Assembly: GCA_026023565.1 (NCBI GenBank) | Contig: JAPETS010000007.1 | Span: forward strand, 868,001 to 932,000 | DNA from: Cirrosporium novae-zelandiae | Lineage: Eukaryota | Direction: 5' to 3' | Length of the DNA stretch: 64,000 nt | Shown here: in pieces, positions 25,461-36,434 of the stretch | How positions within the stretch are numbered: the first letter of the stretch is position 1 | How the letters are laid out: the number at the start of each line of letters is the position of its first letter | Program-made: the position numbers and the translations under genes | The notes under the pieces: model-generated | Told to the model about the DNA's origin: nothing | Databases searched by the model: none | What the model saw: the letters and a program-made list of their open reading frames with translations, nothing else

Positions 25461-26280
25461 CGTTAGCTCACCCCACCTTGACAGGGGTCTTAGCTGTCTG
25501 CCTTTTAACTGCTACCCCTACAACCTTCTATGTGATTACCCTAAAATTTTGTATGTAAACCTCCTGCATCTAAGACAGCCTGACACCTTTTTCCCGTGTC
25601 CTTGATTAATTCCCTCAACACCTCAGGTGTCGCTCCTGCTTCCTAAACTTCTGCTATAATTGGTCGTAACCTCGGTGATATTAATTTATAACTTTGGGGG
25701 TAATGTTCATCCATCCAATCTTTCAATTTATCCCATAAAGTCTCAATAGGGTTCAAATCAGAGGAATTCGAAAACCAATATATAACCGGAATTTACCGTC
25801 GTTCTAATTCGGCTTTCGTTTTGTGTCCTCCGTGCGCAATCGCGTTATCTCCTAAACCGTCTCCCAATGTCGCACGCTTGTAGGGAAGGATGTCATGTAA
25901 GGATTATAATAGGTCAGATAACTATTTTCAGGCAGAGCCAGGCATCAAGTTCTTTGATGAATAACATTGAGCCTCAAGATCTTATCATTGGACCAATCAA
26001 CCCCCCTGAATCAACCCCCCTACAAGCGTGCGACATTGGGAGACGGTTTAGGAGATCCTGCATTAATTGAAGCTCCGGATGCCTGCTTATCCATTCATGG
26101 ATAACAGGCACAATATGAGCAATATAAGAGTCCTAATTTATATTACCCCAATCCTTTTCCCAGAATACTGAAGGTCCTTTTGTACAGCCTACAAATAAGC
26201 CCCAAAATATCCAAGCCCCCCTAACTCGTACCCTATCTATAATATTAATCTCATTCAATTCTTCCTCTCGGCCGAATAGT
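25460..26280 (-). mobile_element. Tc1/mariner transposase remnant interrupted by a MITE
   Basis: Minus strand: WIFWG..KGPSVFWEKDWGNIN*..LQLMQD[MITE]NAIAH..YWFSNSSDLNPIETLW..RCQAVLDAGGLHTKF* (stop 25541-43); several premature stops. Confidence 0.9.
25849..26054. mobile_element. MITE family B variant with perfect TIRs
   Basis: 39-bp perfect inverted repeat 25847-25885 / 26018-26056 (including flanking AT); removing it restores ATGCAGGATAACGC (MQDNA) in the transposase. Confidence 0.92.
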
Positions 26281-26281
26281 A

Positions 26282-26508
26282 CTCAGTCAATCCTAGAATG
26301 TTTGTTAGCACCCCCCGCTTTGACAGGGTCTGAACTATCTGTATTTTAACCTGTAATTTCAATTTTTGTAGTCTTTCTTTCCCCTTCTCTGGCTGTCAGG
26401 CACTCCAGGTCAGTAAAACATTGAAATATTACGACAGAAATTAACTGCATAAAGCTAGAGTGCACGAGCCCTCAAGTGGGGGGTACTAACAACCTTTCTA
26501 GGACTGAG
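26282..26508. mobile_element. Tc1/mariner-type MITE, family A copy 2
   Basis: CTCAGTCAATCCTAGAATG..TTCTAGGACTGAG flanked by TA at 26280-81 and 26509-10; collinear with 12736-12978. Confidence 0.9.
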
Positions 26509-27787
26509 TACATGTATTAATTAGTCCAACGGGCCCCACTCTTTTAAGCGACAACCATGTGCTAGGGAATTTAATTTCGACGACGATAATAGCTGTGCGA
26601 ACTAGGAGATTGAATGACAACTTTGATAGAGACAATAACGAGCACAGCGTTGAGTTCGATACCATTAATCACCTTGTGGTTTGATTTTAGACCTGCTATG
26701 CAAATTAAAGTGCTATGAGACCATGCCACTTTGTCCGCCATCATCTTGGCTTTCAATTGCTGGCTTTTTGCGGATGGTGATAAGAAGCAGAATAAGGAAG
26801 CAGTGAACACCAGAATCAAAAAGAATTCGATACCGCTGATGCTAGCGATACTAGCATGTCTGTCAGGAACGTTCATGTGAGCAGTGGAGCATGGGCTGTG
26901 ACTAACCTTGATATTTGTCTTGATAATTCTAATGGTTAGGGTTGGAAGATGAGTATGCTAGATAACCATCCTTTCTTTGCTAAAAAGTTATGTTGCTCAG
27001 GGCCGGCCCAGAAAATAACGAAGGTCAAAGGTATTTAATGCATCACCGTTTAGCCTACATGTCGGACATGAAAAACCACTGTTAGGCCAACCTGGCAACT
27101 AACCATAGCTGATTTCTTCGTATGTTAGGTACCATACTGCAATACCGCGATTTGCCTTAATGTGATAGATGGGCCTCTAGCTGTGCCTCTCTAATTTCCC
27201 CATATGCTCCCGGAAACTTCGCCCAAGATCGCTCTTGTCTCCTTCATGTCTCTGTTAGCTCCCAAAACACACTCTCTGGCTTCCCCTTAGACAGCTATAA
27301 CATGTAAGCTCTTCATCCCCATTGACATCCATAAATATAGACGTCAGCCATGTCTCTGCGAAATGCAGGTAATCCCAAATTTGCACTTGGTTAAAGTTCT
27401 TTGTTTCCTCAAGAAGGAGGTTATGGAAGTAAGAGTTGAATTATCTGAGGGTAGGCTCATCTATCGGGTAAAGAAATTTGATGATGTTATCGAAAAGTTC
27501 TTGAGGGAGACCAAATAGGTAATTCGGAGATGTGGAATGTTTTGAAATAGATATGGTGAGTAGTTTTGAGTTACTTTTGAACTTGAAATTAATTATCTAG
27601 GCTGTCAACAGGTTAGGAATGGATGTGAAGATGACTTAGATGAGAAGAGTTGAGAAATTTGGACTAGCCAATACGAGAATGGGTTTGGGAGGGTAAAAAC
27701 ACTCGGTAAGTTCTATTGACTACTTTGGCCTATCACGTGGAGCTGGTTGTGTTGGTGGTCCTAAGGTACCTTATATATTCTATTACA

Positions 27788-27999
27788 AGCGTTGTCATCC
27801 AACGAGTGCGGTGGCAGCCTGACCGGGCGTATGGCGTCAACCACACAAGCTTAACCACACGTCGTTGTTCATGGGGCACCTGGGTTCGATTCCCGGACGA
27901 GCAAACCGCTTTACCTCCCTTTGACTCAAAGGACCAAGAGGTAGAGGACTGAGTTTCTGCAGCCAAATTCCTGTCGAAAGACACGATGGTTGTTCTTTT
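27788..27999 (+). ncRNA. Candidate structured Pol III-type ncRNA (tRNA-like B box, not a complete tRNA)
   Basis: TTATATA at 27771; T-arm CTGGG-TTCGATT-CCCGG at 27880-96; three further stems; TGTC-GAAA-GACA tetraloop; T-tracts from about 27996. Ends approximate. Confidence 0.55.
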
Positions 28000-28844
28000 G
28001 CTTCCCTGATATATTTTTTATTTTTTTTATTTTGTACTGAACGGCTGTTGGAAACAATCTCTATTCTTTTTTAAATGACCTTTCTTCAAATAGTCTTGTA
28101 GCGTTGGTTCTTCCAGCTCAGGTGGTCCAACGAGGCCGAATACCCAGTTGGTGCTGGTGATTTGTCCTTTAGATAATCGCCACTCTCATTAATGGTCAAG
28201 GAGATGCCAATTTGAACCCGACCTTAAGTGTCTCACGTTCCTGCTAGGAGAACAATGTCTATTCTAGATGATTTTTACATGATGCACACCTAATAGCGTA
28301 TCTGAACCTTTTCCTCATTTTCTTATTTTCATTTTACTAGCAAAGTATTTTTTTTCCACACGTACTACTGTAAAAAATATCCTTTCAGCTTTCAGGTCCA
28401 GTCGAGTAGTAGATGAGGTTCGTTCTTTGCTAAGCTAGCAAGAACTAGTATCCCAGACTGATTCAAGCCCAGAGTTCAACTTCGAATCTATCCTTGCCGA
28501 GGCCCCCTAGGTCGACACGTACCACTTATTTTTTCTCCTACTTTTTCGCTAACAGCATGATATTATGATTGCAATCGAGTGAGTCTCTCCTTGGCTTGGG
28601 TCCCCTCGTTGAATTACTACGACAGCGTCGCGCCGACCGTCACAACATGCATTTTTCTAGCGTGTTCGCCAACTTCTGGAAGAATCTACTCTATCTGAGA
28701 ACTAGAAGGGATACTGTACTCCTAGACTACTCTAGAACCTCCATGTTTCCTATTGTCTTACTTATTTAACTACAGCCAAGGATCGTCTCGCTCATCCCAC
28801 CTTTCACCTTTCACTCGAAGTACATCAAAATAACCTAAGCAGCT

Positions 28845-29642
28845 ATGCAAATTGAGGCAGGAGACAACGTCATCCTCGAACACCAAGACGATGTTCAATG
28901 CAGGAGTGGATCCAATACCTTACTGCGAGACGAATCCCTCCTAAAAGCGACACCCGACCTTGCGTCCAAGACTCAACCTGATCCTAGTAGCACTAAGAAA
29001 AAGCTAGGCTCTCAAAATAACGGATCCACATCCGAAAAACGAAAGGAGTTAAACCGCGCCTTTGGTCGGGAATATTACTGGGGGCACAGAGAAAAAGTAC
29101 TTGCCAAAAGCGCAGCGTACTATCGTCGCAAGCGTCAACGTCTTGGGGCCCCTGCTCTTGTCCAGAGAAGAAGAGAGGATTATCTACGTAATCGAGACAG
29201 GAAGCTTGCTACAGCGAGAGCGTATCAAATACATCACGGCGATCGAATCCGTGCTAGGGTCAGAGAGCGTCGTCTACGTAATGGTGATAGAATCCGCACT
29301 CAACAGCGAGAGTATTATCAACGTACGCGTGAGCGGCAATTGGCCAATGCTCGTGCTAGGTATCAACCAAAGGGGGCGAGGGGAAGAGGACAGTCAAACA
29401 CACGACAAAGCAAAAATAGAAATATGAAGGAATGTAAGAATACGTTGGAGCAAGAGCCCATAGAAGATGACGATGATGATGACGACTACCCTCCAATAAA
29501 AGTGGAAGAAATCGAAGACGAATTTAAACACATAATGCTCCAGATAGACGAATACGACAATGCCAAACACATTGGTCCTTGGGTGGATGAACCAGCGAGG
29601 CGGATCGAAGAAGGGGGGGAGATCCTCTCGAGGGCTGAATAG
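28845..29642 (+). CDS. Arg-rich repeat hypothetical protein
   Basis: 265-aa intronless ORF with imperfect repeats (YYWGHREKV, YLRNRDRKL, HHGDRIR, RNGDRIR, YYQRTRERQL) and an acidic tail. Confidence 0.6.
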   Translation: MQIEAGDNVILEHQDDVQCRSGSNTLLRDESLLKATPDLASKTQPDPSSTKKKLGSQNNGSTSEKRKELNRAFGREYYWGHREKVLAKSAAYYRRKRQRLGAPALVQRRREDYLRNRDRKLATARAYQIHHGDRIRARVRERRLRNGDRIRTQQREYYQRTRERQLANARARYQPKGARGRGQSNTRQSKNRNMKECKNTLEQEPIEDDDDDDDYPPIKVEEIEDEFKHIMLQIDEYDNAKHIGPWVDEPARRIEEGGEILSRAE

Positions 29643-29779
29643 GAACAAGCAGCAGGACATATAAAGTAATAATTAGAGCAAGCCCGAATAATACTTACTG
29701 TGGAAGAGTAAATGCGCAAAAGAGGATGGGATAACTTTGCATAAATCACTCACTAGAGGGTTATTTGTAAGAGAGCTTC

Positions 29780-30700
29780 TCCATACAAATATATATATAT
29801 GAGAACCCCCCCTCTCCCTCTCCCTCTCCCTCTTTCTATATATTTATTTTATATATTCTATTAAAAATCTCACTTAACTCCTTACTACTATAGAAAACTA
29901 CTTATAAGAAATTACAAATTCTTTTTGTTATTTTTTTTTCCTTTTTCAAAGTCTAAGCCTCTGTGTATTTGTTGTTAGTTGTTAATATGTATTGGTGTTG
30001 AGTTTGGGTTGAGGAGTTGTATATTTGGTGGGCTTGGAATAAAAAAAAAAAGGGTGGGGGGGGCTGTATTACTGTATGTATGCAATAGAAGAGGATGGAT
30101 GTAATGGACATGAATAATTAAGGTCGTGGGGTTTTACTAGATGTAGGGTAGGTAAGTGTATAATAAAGTGTTATAATAAATAGTAAATAGTCTAGGGAGT
30201 TTGAACGAAGTAAGGTAAGGTAAGGGTATGGTATGGTATGTATTAGATATAAAATCTATCTATCTACACTGGTTTACTACATACATACATACATATCCTA
30301 TCGTATATTAGCTACTCAGGTTATTTTACAGCAAATCTTACAGCCTTTATAATATACCCTCCCCAATTATATACTATATATCCCCTTTCTCTCTCTCTCT
30401 CGGGTTGAATTTCTCTATATAAATATCCATATAAATACATCTAGTAAAGCTCACTCCCTACTCACTCGCTCTAAACTCTAATCCAGAACAGGACAGGACA
30501 GGACAGATAACAAGGAGTGGGTTCTTGAACTTGAACTTAACTTTTGAATATGTTTTTGGCAAAGATAGAGAGATAGAGAGATTTCTTTTCATTACAATAA
30601 GAAAATAGAAATAGGAGAATAGGAGAATACAAAATGAAAAATTTCTCCATCTTTTTTTTTCGTTTTTGTTGCGTTGTTTTTGCGTTTGCTAGTTAGTCAA
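29780..30700. repeat. Low-complexity/microsatellite block
   Basis: (TA)n, (CTCTCC)n, (GTAAG)n, (GTATG)n, (TACA)n, (CAGGA)n and poly-A/T tracts. Confidence 0.7.
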
Positions 30701-31563
30701 TCATCTACCCCCCGGCTAATAAGATGATTTATTGCTTGTTTATATCCTTTCTATTGAATATAGATACGTATCAACTTTACTATAAAGATATTTCTACCAA
30801 GGGTGTATACATATGTATACTTTCTATAGCCTAGTCGGACATGAGATAAGATTCTTTTTTTCCCTAGTTCTAGATATAGCATGGCCTTGAATCTGACTGA
30901 GTAGGTGCCGCTTTAACCTGATCGGAGCTTAAGTAGACTGTGCGGAAGCAAGCTTGAGCATGAAGAGAGAGTTCCGTTCCCAGATCTAACCCCAGGGGTA
31001 CGTTTAGATCTAAAATTGTCTGCGAACCACTCGATAGACCTCATCGACAAAATCAGGTCATTGATGTTGAAGTCTTGGAATCGCCTACGAAAAATCAAGA
31101 CATTCGCTTCTCTGGGAGCTTACACATTGGCCCGGGCGGGCGGGCATATGTCGCGTGCTATACACTCCCTATCACACAATATTATAGGAACTGCTGCGGT
31201 TCAAGGCTCAAGCTGAGCTACACGTAGCGAAAGATTCTTGAATAAAAGAATCCCACTAGTGAGTCGACAGAGCAGTTCAGTTAGTATGAGTTAGAGTTGC
31301 AACAAGAGCTGCTGAAGGTAGGATTCACAAGTGATATGTTAAGGATCGATTAGGCTGAGTCAAATCCATATTAATGGTTTCTGTAGCGAAGGCAGGTGTA
31401 TGATATCCTCACCGTCATATTCGACTTAATAATGGGATGAATTATTTTATTAATCCTTTGATTGTGTGTAGTAATGAGCTATGAGAAAAGCAGTCTCTTT
31501 TCTAGCTAGGAGGAAAGGTGGCAATTAACAGCGTTGCTGCTTGCGCTTGCTTCCATGTCGCCG

Positions 31564-33822
31564 TCATATCAACCATAGTTCCGCTCTACTCTTGTTTCGA
31601 CTTTCTTGCCATGCAGTCTTTTTTAGTTCTGTCATGCCCCAACGGCTAAACTGGCCGCTTCCCTCATCCTTCAAGAGCATGAACGGTCCATACGCGCTTA
31701 GAGATAGAAGTTCCCATGTGATTGCGTCGTCCAGTAGCTTCTGGCAGAAGTCGTCTTTATCGTCATTACCAGTGGTTAGATAGGAGCCTGAACCACCACA
31801 AGACGGATAGAGTTGCCAGCGAGTCTGATTTTTATCTCTTTTCACATAGAATGAGTCAAAATGGCGCTCGATTTTTGCCTTCGTTAACCAGCCTTTGATT
31901 CTTAGTCTTCCGCTCATCGAACCTTGTGTGCGTAAGATAGTTGCAGCATTCTCCCAGCTATCCCAAGGCCACAGCCGTCCTTCAGCATCCTCTACATTAA
32001 TCTCGATATCATTAGGCGTATCCCACGGTGGCTCTAAGCTCCAGGAAACTTCCCCTGTCCAGCCCAGCCACGTCCACGAAGGGAACATCCACCGTCGATT
32101 TGCTCCTCTCTTTTTTAAGGAGCCCGGTTTGTGATGCCAATTCAACGCACCTGCAAACACACCATTGGCCCCAAGGTGTTTTGGAGTGTAGTCAATCTCT
32201 CCACCAGCATGTCCTCTTGACTGTAGTATTTTAAGTGGAAACGCGCATGAATCTTGAATAGGAAGTCCGTAGAACTGATGAGCCCCTGGTTGAAGTCTCT
32301 GTAAACGTTGGAATATCCCCAAAATGGCGTTGAGAGCATCCTCCTCGTAAGTAACGTTCCTGCTGCTAAATTCTTCAATCTGGAGACTGATGTCCAAACG
32401 CATGCCCATGGGATCATCAGAACTTTCTAGCACCGGAGAGATGAGGATGTTGCTATCATGTTGAAACTGCTCAATATCGACATCAGGAGGATGATCAAAG
32501 ATCTCTGTGAAAAGAGATTCCTTGCATTCGAACACGACTTGATGGTCCGTAAAATACAAACGTCGTTTGGGGAACGCTGACTCTTGGTAAGTCCAACCTC
32601 GCGTTATCCATGTTGAGCGGCGGATAGTGTAAACCGGATTTGGAAGCGTAGAACGTAAAGTAATTCCCTTGATACTGATGCTAGGTTGGTGAATCCGTGG
32701 CCGAGAACTGACTCCAGGAAGCCCAAAGGAGGAGTCATCGCCCACTGCAGCAACTATCACCAAAGTACAGCATTCGTAGATCTGATCCATGCATAGTATC
32801 TGCAATTTTTTCTCTGACGGGTTATCTTGATCTATGCAGTACTTGTCAATCCAAAGGTATTTGAAACCTAACCGACGGACGACTTCCATAGCGTCCCTAA
32901 CCACCAATGGAAGAGAGTCGGGCATCATCACTATCGCATCTCGCTTGATAGGGCCAGGACTACATTCCTGGGTGCGACCCCAAACATAGCTCAACGCCAA
33001 ATATTGGCAGTGAAGTGGAGTTCTAACGATCTCTCCAGTATCACAATCGACAACTTTCAGGCAAGGTGGCGTCTCAAAGGAAGGCACGTTACACATCCCC
33101 TCGTGGTGGTTGGTACAAATGCTAAGCCATGTAGCTAGAAGGTCGTACGGGATCTGGTTTGGCACAACCTGCCTGACTCCGAGGGTCCAGGGTGCTCTCT
33201 TTTTCTTCTTTTTCTTCCTTTTATTCTTCCTTTCTCCAACGCTAGAATATATGTTTTTGGTCTCAGAAGCAGAAGCAACCATACCCGCCCTATACCAGCA
33301 ATGATGCTTCGTCCCGGGATTACCATCGGGCAACTCATCAGAATGGAGCTTTGGCGCAAGGCCAAGCATCATCTGATCCTGCAGCCCATCAACGTTCTCC
33401 TTCCTAGGTTGATTCACCCCTAGGTAGGCATCCGAAGCGGTCATCGCCAGAAGTTGGAATGGTCGCAATTCAAAAGCTCTAAGCGGGAAAGAGTGCAGGT
33501 TTTGATCTAGAACGCAGTCGCATGTTGCGTCGGTCTGCGGGCCAAGCGCCATGCTACCGAAAAACCGGCAAAGTGGGCAGGAGGATATTTCTATAGTCTT
33601 AATATCCTCGAGATCCTGAACGACATAGTATTCATAACCCCGTGACGCTGCTTTCCGGTGTTTTGCCGATATAGCTGCGAAGTCGAAGTTCTGGCAGCGT
33701 GGGCAGAGCTCATGTGGCTCGGGATCTATCGTTGCATTTTTGGGAGCCTCTTCGGAGTCTGTTATAGAGATGTTGCTGATGCCTTGAATGTCTTCAAGAT
33801 TAGGACTCGTGTTTTTTGCCAT
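31564..33822 (-). CDS. Heterokaryon incompatibility (HET) domain protein
   Basis: YLALSYVWG, LPLVVRDA, YLWIDKYCIDQ, MDQIYE, WITRGWTYQE, DALNAILGI, FPSWTWLGW; N-terminal CPRC/CPLC; intronless. Start may lie up to 33885. Confidence 0.93.
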   Translation of the reverse strand: MAKNTSPNLEDIQGISNISITDSEEAPKNATIDPEPHELCPRCQNFDFAAISAKHRKAASRGYEYYVVQDLEDIKTIEISSCPLCRFFGSMALGPQTDATCDCVLDQNLHSFPLRAFELRPFQLLAMTASDAYLGVNQPRKENVDGLQDQMMLGLAPKLHSDELPDGNPGTKHHCWYRAGMVASASETKNIYSSVGERKNKRKKKKKKRAPWTLGVRQVVPNQIPYDLLATWLSICTNHHEGMCNVPSFETPPCLKVVDCDTGEIVRTPLHCQYLALSYVWGRTQECSPGPIKRDAIVMMPDSLPLVVRDAMEVVRRLGFKYLWIDKYCIDQDNPSEKKLQILCMDQIYECCTLVIVAAVGDDSSFGLPGVSSRPRIHQPSISIKGITLRSTLPNPVYTIRRSTWITRGWTYQESAFPKRRLYFTDHQVVFECKESLFTEIFDHPPDVDIEQFQHDSNILISPVLESSDDPMGMRLDISLQIEEFSSRNVTYEEDALNAILGIFQRLQRLQPGAHQFYGLPIQDSCAFPLKILQSRGHAGGEIDYTPKHLGANGVFAGALNWHHKPGSLKKRGANRRWMFPSWTWLGWTGEVSWSLEPPWDTPNDIEINVEDAEGRLWPWDSWENAATILRTQGSMSGRLRIKGWLTKAKIERHFDSFYVKRDKNQTRWQLYPSCGGSGSYLTTGNDDKDDFCQKLLDDAITWELLSLSAYGPFMLLKDEGSGQFSRWGMTELKKTAWQESRNKSRAELWLI

Positions 33823-36434
33823 GACACAGATCCTCGTGTTTTGGAACTCCCCTAGGATAAGCAGTCTCTTTGTAGTCCTAAGCAAGATGTCTCGCTCTTA
33901 TCTCTGTCTTCCCTAGTCACTGCCAAGAGAGCTCATCCACATGAATGCCACACATCAGCCTTCTATTTGTCCTAACGAATGTTACTTCCACATGAAAGAC
34001 GAGGAGAGAGGCGAGAGGTTTCAGCTGAGCTAAGTGCTGGTGTGTGGGTGTCCACAGTGAGGTGGCCTTGTAGTCTTGTAGTCTCTGCTTGTTGGCGCTA
34101 AGGGAAATAGCAGGCAAATTAGATGGATCATTTTTGAATGTTGATTTCAATTGTAGCGCAATTCTTTGGTGTAGTTCTTACTAGTGGCCATTTGCGAACA
34201 CAAGGCTGTTCTCGGAGAAGCATACGGAGGCTTGATTTGCGAGAAGACAGACAGCAAAAATTGAGGCTAGGCAGCAATATTGAGAAATCGCGGGGTGTTC
34301 TCTTGATAGTGGGTCCCCGTAGATCCAATTCAAACTTATGGATTCTACAATCTACCCCACTCTTCATCCAACAACTTTAGTAGGTAGCGGTTGTTTGACT
34401 TGATATTGAAGTTGCAATTCTGAACACACAAGCGGCAAGGTGGGGATACCCTAATCATCATCGCCTGGACTTGACGATGAGACAAACAGCAGCCTAGTGG
34501 GTTCGAAAGCTATGAGAACTACGTTGGGAGAATCAAGAGAAAAAGGCAAAGGAAATGGGATTGAAAGGGGGAACTTGAGCAGGAGAGTGGGCAACTAGCG
34601 CCTAACCACATAGAGGCCTCACTATATAAAAATTTTGTCTCTTAATACCATAGTGTATACACAAGGGTTCATTGAGTATTAGACATCGATATTTTATTAT
34701 GTGTGCACCATGTTATCGCTATTTGTTGTCTTGAGGCGTCGATATATTTATTGAAATTTACTCGCAACCACTTTCGGTGCATCAATTCAATAATTACGTA
34801 CTATGGGAAAAAGAATCCTCTTAGTACTGGTTATATTTCTTAGGTCGAAAGTATTACAGTGCCATCATGAATTCATCATCATCTGAAGCTTCGGACTCTC
34901 TAAAGACTAGGATCAGGAATCGGGAATCCCGCTCTGTTGCTTTATTCCCGTAGCCTATAGCAGATCCCATCTTTAGGGAAATGAATGTAAGGGTAGTAAG
35001 GATCTTGGATGGTGGCTGGTGGGTGGCTGCATGTTTTTGGCCATGTTTGCGACCTGCTTGCGACCTGGGTGTTGGAAACGGGTTTGTTTGTTGTTGTATT
35101 TGATTTCCGGTAGGTATATTGGAATATTACAGGATGAATTTACGGGTCTTCCTAGGGAAGAGAGGAGTCGTAACGGCGTCGATCGGTCGGAAGGGGTGTT
35201 TGAGATTCTTGTAGGGAAGGACGTGTCATAATATTCAAGAATGCAGCTTTTTTTTATCTTTGTTTTTATGATATTGCTGAGACCAGGTATTTAAATGGCT
35301 TTAATTCAATAGGAGCTCCCTTAAATATTGATTATTATATCGGTGAATTGGTGGATGCCACAGAGCATTAGGATGAGGTTAAAATAAAATGCTAAGCTAA
35401 CATGTAGCCTAAAGATCAAGAAAGGTGGAAAGTGGCAAAGAGACTCATAGGATATATCAATTCAACACTAATCACGACGAGAAGAACAACGGGAGATTCA
35501 TAATTCTGTATTGAGGAATATCATTCTTGCCTTTGCTTTGTTCTTGTAGTGATAACGTGAAGCGGACACCAAGCTGGTTAACTACAGGTTCTGCAGGAAC
35601 TCGATCGTTTGAAATAATCGTATATCAAAAATGACTCCTCATGTGTTCACCAGCATCTATATGGACAGGGATGCTTGACGATCAAAGCAGGGCACAGTAT
35701 TTAACCAGGGTGTCCCATCCTGAAATAACAACAAGCAAACATAGTGCAACCAATGATCTCTTGAGATGAACAATGCGATGACTAAAAACACATTCTAGGT
35801 TGTGGTCGACTGGGGGATCTATCGAACTTCGGAAAATTATTCCATGGTCAACATCGAATGGTTAGCAAAATAAGACATGTTCGATATGTCGTTAAAAGTG
35901 AAATCCGGAGAGGAAGTATATCTAGCATATATCAATATGAAGAAGACGAGAATTGAGAATGTGAATACATGTAGTCCTCCTTCCTTTGGATGTTGTTACC
36001 TGCCAAGAGACAAAAGGAGACCAGATGTCTAAATAATTCTGGTAGGCAATTGAGTTTACTAAAAAGGCATGAGCACGAATATTCAGCATTGTATTGTCTA
36101 TCTAGAGTAAAAATAGAGACTATATTATATGTAAAAGGCGATAACCCTAAGAGGCGCATCGCGCCCGTGTCATGTTAGAGCCAATGAGATTGTATTCCTG
36201 CTATTTGATTATCGATGAACTTTTTAGATATTGGAGCAACCGTGTCAAGTTGGACGATTTATTTTTTCCAGCAAGCTGCAGGCTCCCTTCATACGTTAGT
36301 CTATCACATATATTATAAGATAGGCGATCTTTCTTTGTCTTCCAAAATCCGTAGCGAGACGTTCGGGATAGGATCAAAACTTCTTAATCATTTAGCAATT
36401 CAACCCTTTCACTCTAGTTTCTATAATTCCAAAA

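Noticed and set aside
26520..27700. Possible pseudogene fragments
   Set aside because: Some coding-like stretches, but no recognisable motif or consistent frame.
27820..27905. Canonical tRNA gene
   Set aside because: A T-arm is present, but there is no 5' strand complementary to ACGAGCA and no clear D or anticodon arm; kept only as an ncRNA candidate.
27945..27990. Hammerhead ribozyme (CTGA..GAAA)
   Set aside because: The core reads CTGAGTT rather than CTGANGA, and the GAAA is a hairpin tetraloop.
33900..34560. Short ORFs upstream of the HET gene
   Set aside because: No motifs or convincing splice structure.
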